Shown in pieces: positions 1-10,734 of a DNA stretch of 64,000 nt. The notes beneath the pieces were generated by a model that was given only the letters and a program-made list of their open reading frames with translations, had not been told where the DNA came from and ran no database searches. The position numbers were made by a program, and so were the translations under genes. The DNA comes from a virus. The stretch spans positions 471 through 64,470 of IMG/VR virus record IMGVR_UViG_3300038379_000484; one strand, written 5' to 3'. Numbering within the stretch: the stretch's first letter is position 1; every line of letters starts with the position of its first letter.

Positions 1-2
1 TC

Positions 3-590
3 ATCAATCGCACGACGGGTGAGGCGACGCGGAACTTCAACCGTGCGCGGTCGCAGTCGGTTGACGACGCCAACTTCTTCTGCATCGCCGATGTCTGCCA
101 AAGCTGTAACTACCTCTCCAGCATCGAAGCGCTGACCTCTGCTGATGTCACCAATTTCGGCTACCGCTGGGAGGAGCAGTTCGCGTTCCAGCGCAACCAG
201 ATCGTGTTGGAGAACAGGATGACGCACCTCGCTCTGGGGCGGAACCTGCTCGATCAGCAGCAGGCGGCAACGCGTCTCGCCGCGGAGATCGCGAACAGGG
301 TGGGCGAGATGGCGGGCAAGTCCGCCCAGAATTGGGCAACGCTGGGGTCGTACCTCCTCTCCGATCGCGGGCAGAAGCAGGTGAATGACACCATCGGCCT
401 GTTCAAGCGCGGGTTCGGGATCACCGAGCGCGAGCAGTCTGATGCCGCCTCGTATCCGACCTTTGAGCAGGCATACGAGACGAAGATGAACATCGTCCCG
501 GAAACCGGCGCATCGAAGCCTTCGCTCGATTCGACGCAGACGGCTGAGACGCCAGCAACGGTAGATTGGCAGGAACAGCAGGAGCTATAG
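3..590 (+). CDS. internal virion/ejection protein, C-terminal part (5'-truncated by window edge)
   Basis: Frame is open from position 3 (INRTTGEATRNF...) into the 204..590 ORF; directly upstream of the ejection-protein genes; probably the same gene as the ORF starting at 63865. Confidence 0.6.
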   Translation: MNRTTGEATRNFNRARSQSVDDANFFCIADVCQSCNYLSSIEALTSADVTNFGYRWEEQFAFQRNQIVLENRMTHLALGRNLLDQQQAATRLAAEIANRVGEMAGKSAQNWATLGSYLLSDRGQKQVNDTIGLFKRGFGITEREQSDAASYPTFEQAYETKMNIVPETGASKPSLDSTQTAETPATVDWQEQQEL

Positions 591-593
591 ACC

Positions 594-1937
594 ATGGCCG
601 ACATCGGGGATTGGGCGAGCGCAGCCGGCGGGATCCCGCTCGGGATCATCCAAGGCTACAACCTCGGGCAGAAGCTCCAGCGCGACGAGGAGAAGGCGCT
701 TGCCGACATCGAGCAGGCGCGGCTGCGCAACGAACTGATGAAGTTCACCAGTGCCGAGTACATGGGGCCTGAGCAGACCGCGACGCGCTCGCTCGCGCAG
801 CAGTTGCAGCAGATTCAGTCGCAGCTTGGTATCGCCACTGGGGGCGCCGGCCTGGAGGCGACGCAAGCCCGCCGCCAAGACCTCGTCTCAGGTCTTGGCG
901 CGCAGATCGGCGCAGCAGCCGCTGGCGCTCGCACGCAGGAGCAGCGCGCACTTCTTGATGAGGAGTTGTTCCCGCAGCTTGCCGGCATCCAGCGCGCTGT
1001 CACGCAGCAGGACGTGGAACTGCTCCCACAAACGCTTGGTCTTCGCGCGGAGCAGCAGCAGGTGCAGCGCGGGCAAGCGCAATCGGCGCTGCGGCAACTC
1101 GACGAACTCACGGTGCAGAGTGGGGCCGTCAACACCATCCGTGACGCTGTCGCCGCGAATCCGAATGCGTCGCCATACGATCAGCTTTACCAAGCCTTCC
1201 AAGCCGCCCCGGCTCAGCAGAAGGCGATCATCGCCGCGCGCATGAACATCGCCGATACGCAGGATCTTGGCAGGATCGGCACTGTCGCTGAGGCTGATGC
1301 GTGGCTCCAGCGTCCGGGTCGCCAAGTGAAGTCGCGGGCGTGGCGCGAGGGCAACCAACTTGTGGTGGCTCCGATCGTCGTCGACCCGCAGACGGGGCAG
1401 CCTGCCATCGACACATCAAAGGCGCAGCGGTTCGCGTCGTGGGAGGAGTTCAAGCGCCAGTACGGTGCTGCGCTTCCACGCGGAACGCCTCAGGGCACAC
1501 AGAGGCCAGCGGCGACGACACCTCAGGACGTGCTGCGGCTGCTTGGTGGTCAGCCTCGGCCGGCAGTCGGCGCTGCTACTCCAGCCGCTGCCCCAGCCGC
1601 TGCCCCAGCCACCGGGGTGATGCCGCTACCCGCTCTCGGTGCTCGTGCTGCGCCGGCGCCAACGAACGTGGGTCCGCCCGCGCCACAGCCATTGGTGCAG
1701 GCCGCGCCAGCGGTGGCTGCGCCGTCTGCAACGGTTGCACCAGCCCGGCCATCAGCGATGGACATCAAGGTGATGCTTGCCGACGCCGCTCGTGGCGGAA
1801 CAAGGGGACAGGAGTTCCTGAATCAACTGATCTCGTCTACTGGTGGCGACATCTCTGGGTTGGGGCTGAACGTGAAGGAAAGGATGGAGATTCAGGGGCT
1901 TCTCGACGCGGCGATGGCTAGAGCACAGCGCAGGTAG
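594..1937 (+). CDS. putative DNA-ejection (internal virion) protein, 447 aa
   Basis: Gln/Ala-rich helical N-terminus, Pro/Ala-rich C-terminus, no Cys; position between tail genes and SLT/large protein is typical of podophage ejectosome genes. Confidence 0.6.
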   Translation: MADIGDWASAAGGIPLGIIQGYNLGQKLQRDEEKALADIEQARLRNELMKFTSAEYMGPEQTATRSLAQQLQQIQSQLGIATGGAGLEATQARRQDLVSGLGAQIGAAAAGARTQEQRALLDEELFPQLAGIQRAVTQQDVELLPQTLGLRAEQQQVQRGQAQSALRQLDELTVQSGAVNTIRDAVAANPNASPYDQLYQAFQAAPAQQKAIIAARMNIADTQDLGRIGTVAEADAWLQRPGRQVKSRAWREGNQLVVAPIVVDPQTGQPAIDTSKAQRFASWEEFKRQYGAALPRGTPQGTQRPAATTPQDVLRLLGGQPRPAVGAATPAAAPAAAPATGVMPLPALGARAAPAPTNVGPPAPQPLVQAAPAVAAPSATVAPARPSAMDIKVMLADAARGGTRGQEFLNQLISSTGGDISGLGLNVKERMEIQGLLDAAMARAQRR

Positions 1938-1943
1938 GCGGGA

Positions 1944-2768
1944 ATGGCAAACTACAGTCGCGACGATCTCATCGCTCTCGCTCGCCGTGAGGCGCAGCGC
2001 GCGGGGCTGCCACAGGAGATCGTGCCCACGTTCCTCGGTCTCGTGCAGCAGGAGAGCGGGTGGAATCCGCGCGCTGTTTCGAGCGCGGGTGCGCAAGGTC
2101 TGGGGCAGTTGATGCCGGACACCGCCCGCGGTCTCGGCGTCACCGACGTCTTCGACCCAGTTCAGAACCTGAGTGGTGCCGCGCGCTATTTGAAGCAGCA
2201 ACTGGATCGATTCGGCGACATCGGGCTCGCGCTGGCTGCCTACAATTGGGGCCCGGGTCGCGTGCGCAAGCTAGTCGACGATCCGAGATCAGTGCGCATC
2301 CCGAAGGAGACGATGGATTACGTGCCGAAGGTGCTCGGCCACGCATCCAGGTTCGGGTCGCAAATCGCGCCATCTACGGCAACGCTCGCCTTCTTCCCCA
2401 AGAGCGGCGACGTCATCAAGCAGACAGTGGACGCCGGTGTCACGCTTCGCACTGGCGCTGGTGGTGCTGCCGATGTCGACGCTCGGCTTCGCATGGGCAA
2501 GGCGCCGTCTGGGAAGGATCTCGGCGCTCCGCCTGCTGCGCCACCGATCGCTGGCGAAGTCCCCATCGGCGAGCAAGTGCCCGGTGTCGGGTTCCCCATG
2601 GCTGGCGAGCTTCCGACGATGGCGCAGGTGACGTCGAACAAGGCCGTGCAGAACGTGCGCTCGCTCGATGAATACCTGAAACAGCAATTTGGCCCAGTCG
2701 CGGCCGTTGCCGACCCCTTTCCGAAGGGTTATGACCAGAAGCTGATGCGCCTGATCGAGCAAGCCTGA
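1944..2768 (+). CDS. virion-associated lytic transglycosylase (SLT domain), 274 aa
   Basis: QQESGWNPRAVS, GLGQLMPDTA and ALAAYNWGPG SLT motifs, followed by ETMDYVPKV. Confidence 0.92.
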   Translation: MANYSRDDLIALARREAQRAGLPQEIVPTFLGLVQQESGWNPRAVSSAGAQGLGQLMPDTARGLGVTDVFDPVQNLSGAARYLKQQLDRFGDIGLALAAYNWGPGRVRKLVDDPRSVRIPKETMDYVPKVLGHASRFGSQIAPSTATLAFFPKSGDVIKQTVDAGVTLRTGAGGAADVDARLRMGKAPSGKDLGAPPAAPPIAGEVPIGEQVPGVGFPMAGELPTMAQVTSNKAVQNVRSLDEYLKQQFGPVAAVADPFPKGYDQKLMRLIEQA

Positions 2769-5700
2769 TGGCAGAAGAACTTACGCTGGCGTCGATGATC
2801 GGCCTCCAGCCGCAGGAGGAGAGCGATGGTATTGCGCTGGGTACGACATCCGTGGGACCACAAGCGCCGGCCGCCGCGCCCCAACCCGCCGCCGCGCCGC
2901 CCGAGACCGGGCTGGGTGAGATGATCCTCGGCGGCATCCCCGTCACGTCGCCGCGTGCGGCAAGCGCCGACAACATCCCGCTGGTGAGCGGCCCCGCTGC
3001 GCCGACGCCGCTCCAGTACGGCGGGCAGACGTGGGAGCAGGTAAAGGCGAGCCCGGAGTATCAGCAGGGATCAAGCGAGCGCCGCCGCGCGCTGGAGCAG
3101 AAGTGGCTCGAACAGGCGGAGAAGGTTGGCGCCGCTATCTTCACGAAGAAGGCCGATCGTCAGGCGTTCGCGCAGGGGCTGGCAGATCTCGTGCCGATCT
3201 CGAAGGCGCCGAAGGCGACGATCGGCGACCGCATCAGCGATCTCTGGACGGACATCACCATCGGCGGCGAGCAGTTGGTGGGCAGCTTGGGCTCGCTGTT
3301 CCGGCCCGGCGCCACGCTGAAGGACGACGACACCACGTTCCTCGCCGACTTCTTCAACCCGGCGCGTCGCGAGGAGGCGGCCAAGGAGCGTCGCGAGGGG
3401 CTGTCGGCGGCACGCAAGGATGCGGAGAAGATTCTCGAAGAACGGGCGGCCGCCGCTGAGGGCGAGATGGGCAAGTTCGCGGCGACGCTGGGCGCGTTCC
3501 GCGACATGCCCAGCCTCGTCGTGGGCCGCGCCGTGCAGCAGGTGCCGAACCTGCTCGGCACCCTCATCCCTGGCGCTGTCGTGGGCCGCGCCGCGCAGGT
3601 GGCTGGCGTGGGCACGCGCGCGGCTGCGGCCGCACGTGCGGCTGGCCCCATCACGCCCGCCGCGGCTGAGCTTGCTGCAGCCGGCGCTGTCGGGCGCGCG
3701 GCGACCGCTGGGGCCGGCGCGGCCGGCGGCGCGATCGGCGCCGGACAGGCGCGAGGGCAGGTCGCTGAGGCGCTGCAGGGCATGAAGGAGGAGCAGTGGC
3801 GCACCGACCCTGAGTACGTGCGCCTCGCCGGAGAGGTCGGGGCGGACGAAGCCAAGCGCCAGATCATCGAGGAGCGGTCGAGACTCGCCGGCGTCATCGG
3901 TTTCGGGCTGGGCACACTGGCCGGCGTAACCGGCCTGGAGCCGGCGGCGCTGCTGGGCAAGGCCGCAGCCTCGGGGCTGCGGGCGCGCGCCGCGCGCGTG
4001 GCCTCGGAACTGCTTGGCGAGGAGGTGGAGGAGATCACGCCGACGGTCCTCGCCAACGTCGAGAAGCGGGTGTACGCGCCCGAGACCGCGCTGACGGCCG
4101 GGGTGGGCAGGACGGCAGCGGAGACCCTGGCCGCCGCTGGCGGCCCTGCAGCCGCCGCTGGCGTGCTCCCGGTCGGCGCGCCCACTGCCGAGCCGGGTCA
4201 GCCCATCGCCCAGCCAGCGGCCCCACAGCCGCCTCCGCCGGCGCCTCCGACCGGGCCCGAGACCTTCATGCAGTCGGTCGAGCGTCAGAAGGCGTTCGCC
4301 CAGAGCCAGATCGAGGCGGTGCAGGCCAACCCCCTGCTGACGCCGACGGCCAAGGCATCGGCGATTGCTGCGCTGCAGCAACGGCTGGCCGACTGGGACA
4401 CGGCCGCCGCGGAGTTCCAGAACGTGCCGGCGGTGCGTGGGCTCCGCGAGGAATCGGAGCGGCTTGCCCGGCGCCAGCAGGAGATCGAGGGCGACACGCT
4501 CGACCCCGCGACGAAGGGCGCGTTGCTGAAGCCGCTCACCGAAAGGCAGGCGCGCATCGGCGAGTTGCTGGCGCTGAACGAGATGTCGGAACTCGACCTC
4601 GAACAGTACGTCGCAGATCGCGAGCAGGCGCTGCTCGACTTCGACGCCCAGCGCGGGACGGGCGCGCGCGCCGATCCGCAGATGGCGGCGCGCATCAACG
4701 AGGAGTTGGCGCAGGCCAACAAGATCCTCGACGAGCGCGCGATGGTGCAGACGCCGGCGGAGCGCGCGTTTGCTGCGCGCGAGCGCACCACCTTCCCGAA
4801 GGATCCGTCCGGTAACTATGTCTACCCCAGCGACACCGATCTCGCCCAGCTTCCCGTGCGTGACGCGTTCGCCGTCGTCTCCGACATCGCTCAGTCGCGG
4901 ATCTACGACGCCCGCACGAATCGCATCTACGAGCGCGCGGAGCGGGCGAAGTTCATTCGCGACGCCAGAGCCTTCGAGGAGGCGACGTCGAGAGCGCGCA
5001 CCATTCTCGACGCTCCCGCCGAGCAGGTGGAGGCGCTTGCTCAGGATCTCACGCAGGGACTGGTGAACCTGATTCGGCAGCGGATGCCGATCGGGCCCGG
5101 CCGCATCAACGAGCTTGCCGCTGTCATCGCTAGGCAGGCGGAGGCGACTGGCGAGCGCATCAATTGGGGCACCGCTGTCAGTCGGGCGAACACGCTCCTC
5201 AACGGCTTCATCAGGACGAACACGCCGCCATCGCAGCCCCCGCCCGGGACAGGGCCGCCGCCTCCGGTCGGGACGCCGACGAGCAAGCCCACCGCGCCGA
5301 AGGGCGTGCCGAAGTCGTTCGACACCGGCGGGTGGTCGCTCAATGACGGATGGATCTCTGGCAGCCAAGGCCGCAACGCCAAGAACGAGGCGGAAGCGCA
5401 GAAGATCGTCGACACCCTGAATCATGTCACCGCGGTCCCCGGCGGCTATCCGAAGCTCATCGTGCAGGCGATGGGCCTGCGCTTCCTCGTCTGCACCGCG
5501 CGAGGTGGCGGCTGGTATATGGGCAGCGGCGACCCGAATGGCGTTGGCCAGACCGCCATTCAGATCGAATCCGATCGTGACACGAACCTGCACGTCACCG
5601 CTCACGAGATCAGCCACGCTCTCGACGATATTCTCCGCACCGGGACGGGGCAGTACCTCTCGCGGATCAACCCCGGCTTCGAGCGCGGCGGCGTGCTGAG

Positions 5701-8700
5701 AAAAGAGATCGAGGCATGGGACAAGCGGTACGTGAGGGACAACAGCCTCAGCGTCGGCCATCAACTCGACTTCTGGTACCCGCTGCGTTGTGGGATGTAC
5801 GACCGCTCCGAGAGCAAGATGCGTTCGGAGTTGTTCGCGCAGGTACTGGGCTACTACCACAGCAACCGACAGGATCTTGAAAAATACTGTCCGCAGTCCT
5901 ATGCTTTCGCCAAGGAGATCTTCGATGGCCTCAGACAACTCGAAAGCACTGGACAGCTTGACGCTAACGGAATTGCTGGAGTCGTACAGCAAGCGTTTTC
6001 CGGGCTGGGCGGTGCCACCGGTGCAAAACCCGTCAGCCCTCCCGCCGCGGGACCAGCAGCCCCTTCGCCAGCAGTTAGTCCTGGCGCTGGGGTCGGGCCT
6101 GCCGGTGGTGGAGTGGGAGCAGGACTACGGGTCGGGGGCGAACCCCAACCAGGAGTTCTAACGGAGGCTGAGAATGCCATCGACCAAGCCCTTCAGCGGG
6201 ACACAGCCTTCCTCAGCGGCGACGCCGCTCGGGCAAGACAGGAGCAAGCGCTCACTGACGCCATCGACGAGACGCGCGCAGAGATCGCTGCTCGCGCTGC
6301 CCCAACTCCAGCAACTCAGCCCGGAGCAGCGCCTGCAGGTGCTGCAGCGGGCGCTCGACCGGCTCAGGCAGCCCAGCCCGGACCAGCCCAACCAGCAGCC
6401 GGGCCCGCAGGCGCTCGTGCTCAACCCGCAGCAGCCCCCGCAGCCCGGGCAGAGCCGGCAGCCGCTCCAGCAGTGGCGCAGCCCCGCGGGATCGCGGCGC
6501 GGTATGGCGTAAAGACGTCGAGCGCGAGCAAGGTCAGGGCAGCGCTCGCGCAGATCTTCGGCATCAACCCGGCGAACGTCGCCAGGGCGCTCCCCAACAT
6601 CGAGATCGTCCCGCTCTCGGCGATCGAGTTCGTCCCGGATCAGGCTAACCCGACCCAACTCCGCGGGGCGGTAACGCTTGGCGATGGCTCGCGGTTGACT
6701 GGTCTGGAGGACACGACCGGCGCGTTCTATCACCCGAAGACGAATCGCATCGTCATCATCGCCGACAACATCCTCGATGGCAGTGAGCGCGCCGTCATCT
6801 ACCACGAGCTATTCCACAAGCGCGGAGGCCAGCTTCTCGGGCGCGAGCAGATCCAGCGCCTGCGCGATCAGGTGATGCAGTGGGGGAACGCGCCAGAGGG
6901 TAGCCCGGAGCGCGCTATCTTCGACGCAGCCATGCCGAGGGTTCGCGCCGCGCTGCGCGGCAAAACCGGGGAGGCGCTGCTGAACACGCGCGATGAGGAG
7001 GTGCTGCCCTACTTCATCGAGGAGGCGGTCAAGGCCGGCTACAACTACGATCCGAAGAAGGCGCTGTCGCGCAACGTCGTCCAGCGCTGGCTGAACGATG
7101 TCGGCAACGCCATCCGCTCCGCGCTCACACGCGCTTTCGGTCGCCAGCCCAAGGCGTTCGACGCCAACGATCTGCTCGCGGCAGCCTACGGTGCGGCTCA
7201 GCTTGAACTCCCGGGCGTTGGCGCCCGTCGCGCTGCTCGCGTTCTCGAAGCCGAAGCGGCATTCGCGCCTCGCCGTGAGGAGATCACACGTCGCGGCGTC
7301 GAGTACGTGCCTGAGCGAGCTACAGCCGCAGAGCGCACGACGAGGATGCGGCCGACACAGTTCCGCGGCGTGAGCCCGGATCGCGTCAACCCGATCTATG
7401 GTTCCAGCGCAGAGATCGCCGCCGCGAATCGCGAGGCGCCTCCGCCGGGGCCCGGTCCAGACGCCAGCTTCTCTATCTACGAGCACTTCAAGCCGACGAA
7501 GGCGGCGCCGGTAAAGACGCGCGCAGACGTGCGCAAATGGGCGCAGACGCAGGAATTGCCGACCGCTGAGTGGATGCCGCAGGCGCGCGACCGCTTCATC
7601 GAGAACTGGGTCGATCACCAGCGCCCGTTCTACAACTGGTTGCGCGACAACGTGCTGTCGATGAAGTCGTGGCAGGAGTTGAAGCTCATCCCTGGCAAGC
7701 TGCGGGCGTTGAATGATCGCTATACGCGCGAGATCATCGACCCGATCGCCGAGGCCACCAACACCTTCGCGAAGAAGTACAAGATCACGCCGGCGCAGGC
7801 TGCTGAGGTGGTCGGCCAATGGGCGACGATGCGCCACATCCCGGAGGCGAATGCGCAGCTTCGGGCGAAGATCATGGCCGACATCCGCGCCGGTGACAGC
7901 ACCGGCGCTCGGCGCCTCAAGCAGTTCGACGAGACGCAGCGTGGCCAGCACCCGGACGATGGCGATCAAGAGCGCGCGCCAATGGCTGGCGGCTACACCG
8001 ACACCGAGGCGAACGAGATCCGCACCGAGATCGAGCGCAGGCACGGCGTCGACGACCTCACCCGTATCGGCGACATGATCGTCGACGGCTTCGCCAAGAT
8101 GAAGGAGGAATCGCTGAAGTCGGGGCAGCTTTCTCAAGAGGCTGTTTCCAGGTTCCCGAAGTTCAAGCACTACGTCGCGCTCACCGGAACGCCATGGGAT
8201 GACAGCGCGAGCGACGCCTTCGGCAGCTACGTCAGCCCGAACGTGCTGAAGGAGCGCGGCGGCATGACCACGCATGTCGCAGATCCTGCTCTGGTCGCGC
8301 TCGTCGACCGCATCGGTCGCGTCGGCGCTTACGCTGCATCAGCCGACTTCAAGGCCGAGATCAACAACCTCTGGGAACAGAACGGTGGCGACAACAACAA
8401 GATCGGCATCGAGAAACTATCGTCGAACACGGCGCAGTCGCCTTTCGACTCCGACGTGATCTGGCAGGATCCCAAGGGCAAGCGCTGGATCTTCCGCTTC
8501 ACCGGTCCCGCTCAAGGCGTTGGTCAGGCTATCCTGTCGAAGAACAGGGAATACGCCGACAACCTCGTCCTGCGCAATCTCGATCGCGCGACGCGACTGT
8601 TCTCAAGAGCGGTGACGCAGTGGACGATGAGCTTCGCGCCGATCAACATGCTCCGCGACATTCAGGAGAAGTCGGTCCTGATCCGCAGCCGCGATGTGCG

Positions 8701-10276
8701 CACACCGGACGGCAGTGCCATCGACCCGAACGCCGTATTCAAGCGCACGTGGGCGAACGCGCTCAAGCCCGAACTGTGGAAGGCGGCTTACGACATCGGC
8801 TTCGGCGCGAAGGCGAACGAGAGCACCGCCAGCGGCAGGCTCGCAAACGAACTCGTGGCGAACGGCGGTCTCTCCACGTGGGGGCAGACGCTCAGGCGCG
8901 GTCGCGATGAGATCGCGAAGGAGATCAAGCGCAAGGGAGGTCTGGGTAAGCGCATCGCTCAGGTCGACGACTTCGTCCAGAACTACAACACCATGTTCGA
9001 GGTGGTCTCGTCTCTGGCTGCGCACGCCGCCATGCGCGAACTCGGGGTCGACCCGAAGACGGCAGCGTTCCAGACGCTCGATCTGATGAACTTCCAGAAT
9101 CAGGGCGCGAAGACGGCGTGGATCAGGACGATGTACTCGTTCTTCAATCCGGCCATGCAGAGCGGCCGCAACCTGTTCGGGCAACTCGCGACCAAGAGAG
9201 GGCAACGCGATGCGATGGCGATGGCGTTCGTCAGCGCTGGCCTCTACGCGCTGGCGAAGATGCTGGCTCCAGACGACGAGGAGCTTGGCGACAAGCTCGA
9301 CCAGCGCGGTAGCTTCGAGGTCGAGCGCAACCTCCCCATCACGATCGGCGACTCCTCGCTGAAGCTCCCCGTCGGATTCGGGCTGCCGCAATTCGTCTGG
9401 GCTAACGTGGTCAACGCCGCTAGATTCGCAAGCGGCCGCTACGACGCTGGCTCTGCGGTGGCGCAGACCGCGACATCGTTCCTGAAAACATTCTCTCCGA
9501 TCCCGCCGTCGGAGATCGAGTTCACAAAGCAGCCGAACAACTTCCTGTTGAAGTCGGCGACGCCAACTGTGTTCAGGCCGGTGGTGGATCTCGCAACCGA
9601 CACCAACGCGTGGGGGCAGAAGCTCACCGCGTTCTACCCGGACAAGACCAAGTTCAGGTCGGAGCAGGGCGCGCTGGCGACGCCAGTGCTCTATAAGAAT
9701 CTGGCAAGGGAGATGCGCGAGACAACTGGCATCGACGCCTATCCAGAGCAGTGGCGCGTCTTCACCGAGGGCACGCCTCTTGGGTGGGGGCCGCTCGGCT
9801 ACATGCTGAAGTCGGTGGCTCAGTCCAACGCCGACATGGAGGGCAGGAAGAAGGACGCCATCGACGAGATTCCGGGGTCTACGATCTTCCGCGTGCTGGG
9901 CGCGTCGAGGTTCTTCGGCGGGACTAGCCGTTATCTCGACGCTCGCTACCACGAGCAGTATGAGCGCGCTCTCGTCGACAGGCGCGAGTTCGCCGCTCAG
10001 GACGCCGCGGGTAAGGGTGCGGCGTGGCTCCGCGCAAACCCGGAGCGGGCGCGCCGGATCGAAGCGTTGAGAGCGCAGGAGACGGAGATGCGCGCTCTCA
10101 CCAAGGACTACAATGCCATCATCCGCTCCATGCAGGGCGGCACGATCAACTTGGACAGCGGCCAGCGCCAGCTTCAGTCGATCGCGGATCGCAGGGAGAA
10201 GCAGATGCGCGGGTTCCTGCGGTTGGCTCGGCAGTGGGATGAGGACGAGCTTGGTGAGCCGGAGGAAGTCGAATGA
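2768..10276 (+). CDS. large polyvalent internal virion protein, 2502 aa: two zincin-like metallopeptidase domains and an LPD38-like C-terminus
   Basis: HEISH...ELFAQ and HELFH...EEVLPY motifs; C-terminal SFFNPAMQS / LKLPVGFG / PVVDLATDTNAWGQKL pattern resembles LPD38; consistent GC3-rich coding frame. Confidence 0.8.
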   Translation: MAEELTLASMIGLQPQEESDGIALGTTSVGPQAPAAAPQPAAAPPETGLGEMILGGIPVTSPRAASADNIPLVSGPAAPTPLQYGGQTWEQVKASPEYQQGSSERRRALEQKWLEQAEKVGAAIFTKKADRQAFAQGLADLVPISKAPKATIGDRISDLWTDITIGGEQLVGSLGSLFRPGATLKDDDTTFLADFFNPARREEAAKERREGLSAARKDAEKILEERAAAAEGEMGKFAATLGAFRDMPSLVVGRAVQQVPNLLGTLIPGAVVGRAAQVAGVGTRAAAAARAAGPITPAAAELAAAGAVGRAATAGAGAAGGAIGAGQARGQVAEALQGMKEEQWRTDPEYVRLAGEVGADEAKRQIIEERSRLAGVIGFGLGTLAGVTGLEPAALLGKAAASGLRARAARVASELLGEEVEEITPTVLANVEKRVYAPETALTAGVGRTAAETLAAAGGPAAAAGVLPVGAPTAEPGQPIAQPAAPQPPPPAPPTGPETFMQSVERQKAFAQSQIEAVQANPLLTPTAKASAIAALQQRLADWDTAAAEFQNVPAVRGLREESERLARRQQEIEGDTLDPATKGALLKPLTERQARIGELLALNEMSELDLEQYVADREQALLDFDAQRGTGARADPQMAARINEELAQANKILDERAMVQTPAERAFAARERTTFPKDPSGNYVYPSDTDLAQLPVRDAFAVVSDIAQSRIYDARTNRIYERAERAKFIRDARAFEEATSRARTILDAPAEQVEALAQDLTQGLVNLIRQRMPIGPGRINELAAVIARQAEATGERINWGTAVSRANTLLNGFIRTNTPPSQPPPGTGPPPPVGTPTSKPTAPKGVPKSFDTGGWSLNDGWISGSQGRNAKNEAEAQKIVDTLNHVTAVPGGYPKLIVQAMGLRFLVCTARGGGWYMGSGDPNGVGQTAIQIESDRDTNLHVTAHEISHALDDILRTGTGQYLSRINPGFERGGVLRKEIEAWDKRYVRDNSLSVGHQLDFWYPLRCGMYDRSESKMRSELFAQVLGYYHSNRQDLEKYCPQSYAFAKEIFDGLRQLESTGQLDANGIAGVVQQAFSGLGGATGAKPVSPPAAGPAAPSPAVSPGAGVGPAGGGVGAGLRVGGEPQPGVLTEAENAIDQALQRDTAFLSGDAARARQEQALTDAIDETRAEIAARAAPTPATQPGAAPAGAAAGARPAQAAQPGPAQPAAGPAGARAQPAAAPAARAEPAAAPAVAQPRGIAARYGVKTSSASKVRAALAQIFGINPANVARALPNIEIVPLSAIEFVPDQANPTQLRGAVTLGDGSRLTGLEDTTGAFYHPKTNRIVIIADNILDGSERAVIYHELFHKRGGQLLGREQIQRLRDQVMQWGNAPEGSPERAIFDAAMPRVRAALRGKTGEALLNTRDEEVLPYFIEEAVKAGYNYDPKKALSRNVVQRWLNDVGNAIRSALTRAFGRQPKAFDANDLLAAAYGAAQLELPGVGARRAARVLEAEAAFAPRREEITRRGVEYVPERATAAERTTRMRPTQFRGVSPDRVNPIYGSSAEIAAANREAPPPGPGPDASFSIYEHFKPTKAAPVKTRADVRKWAQTQELPTAEWMPQARDRFIENWVDHQRPFYNWLRDNVLSMKSWQELKLIPGKLRALNDRYTREIIDPIAEATNTFAKKYKITPAQAAEVVGQWATMRHIPEANAQLRAKIMADIRAGDSTGARRLKQFDETQRGQHPDDGDQERAPMAGGYTDTEANEIRTEIERRHGVDDLTRIGDMIVDGFAKMKEESLKSGQLSQEAVSRFPKFKHYVALTGTPWDDSASDAFGSYVSPNVLKERGGMTTHVADPALVALVDRIGRVGAYAASADFKAEINNLWEQNGGDNNKIGIEKLSSNTAQSPFDSDVIWQDPKGKRWIFRFTGPAQGVGQAILSKNREYADNLVLRNLDRATRLFSRAVTQWTMSFAPINMLRDIQEKSVLIRSRDVRTPDGSAIDPNAVFKRTWANALKPELWKAAYDIGFGAKANESTASGRLANELVANGGLSTWGQTLRRGRDEIAKEIKRKGGLGKRIAQVDDFVQNYNTMFEVVSSLAAHAAMRELGVDPKTAAFQTLDLMNFQNQGAKTAWIRTMYSFFNPAMQSGRNLFGQLATKRGQRDAMAMAFVSAGLYALAKMLAPDDEELGDKLDQRGSFEVERNLPITIGDSSLKLPVGFGLPQFVWANVVNAARFASGRYDAGSAVAQTATSFLKTFSPIPPSEIEFTKQPNNFLLKSATPTVFRPVVDLATDTNAWGQKLTAFYPDKTKFRSEQGALATPVLYKNLAREMRETTGIDAYPEQWRVFTEGTPLGWGPLGYMLKSVAQSNADMEGRKKDAIDEIPGSTIFRVLGASRFFGGTSRYLDARYHEQYERALVDRREFAAQDAAGKGAAWLRANPERARRIEALRAQETEMRALTKDYNAIIRSMQGGTINLDSGQRQLQSIADRREKQMRGFLRLARQWDEDELGEPEEVE

Positions 10277-10725
10277 CGATCATCGCCATCAACCGCAACA
10301 TCTGCCGCACCTGCGTCAACCTGAAGGAGTTCGCCTGCGGATGCGACCTCACCAACATCAGGGCTGGCGACGTCTCGATCGTGATGCGGCGCGCCGGCGC
10401 CGGCGAGCTAGTCTGCGAGAACTATTTCGCCGACATGGGATGCGGCCAGTTCATCGGGCCGAAGAAGCGCTACGTCAGAGTGAGCGGGCCCGGGATCAAG
10501 TACCTCGGGTTCGACATGGACGCGCAGGGCCGCGTCTGCTTCCTCTGGGATGCGAAGCTCCTCGAAGCTGCTCCGGGTCGCTGGAACGGGGAGTTGTTCG
10601 TCTGCGACAAGCGCGTGACCACGCTGCGGTTTCAACTCGGATCACCTTTCGTTGTCGGCGACACGGCATGCGTCGAGACTGATGCCTGCCCACAGCCGTC
10701 TGCCTGCCCACCCGCCTGCACGTAG
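10273..10725 (+). CDS. Cys-rich putative virion protein, 150 aa
   Basis: ATGA overlap with upstream stop; 12 Cys. Confidence 0.65.
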   Translation: MTIIAINRNICRTCVNLKEFACGCDLTNIRAGDVSIVMRRAGAGELVCENYFADMGCGQFIGPKKRYVRVSGPGIKYLGFDMDAQGRVCFLWDAKLLEAAPGRWNGELFVCDKRVTTLRFQLGSPFVVGDTACVETDACPQPSACPPACT

Positions 10726-10734
10726 GAGTCGGTC

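Noticed and set aside
1472-1487. parS-like GCTTCCACGCGGAACG
   Set aside because: Four mismatches to consensus, including the central palindrome, and inside a coding region.
3071-5992. 973-aa ORF on the - strand (also 6809..8275, 8603..9952, 38198..39589, 52722..54194, 55931..58591)
   Set aside because: Antisense shadows of strongly GC3-biased + strand genes; no motifs or SD, and Arg/Ala/Leu-rich composition typical of non-coding frames.
5320-6000. Intein in the 2502-aa protein
   Set aside because: No intein block A/G motifs (C/S start, HN-C/S/T end) or LAGLIDADG motif; the segment has a HExxH peptidase motif instead.
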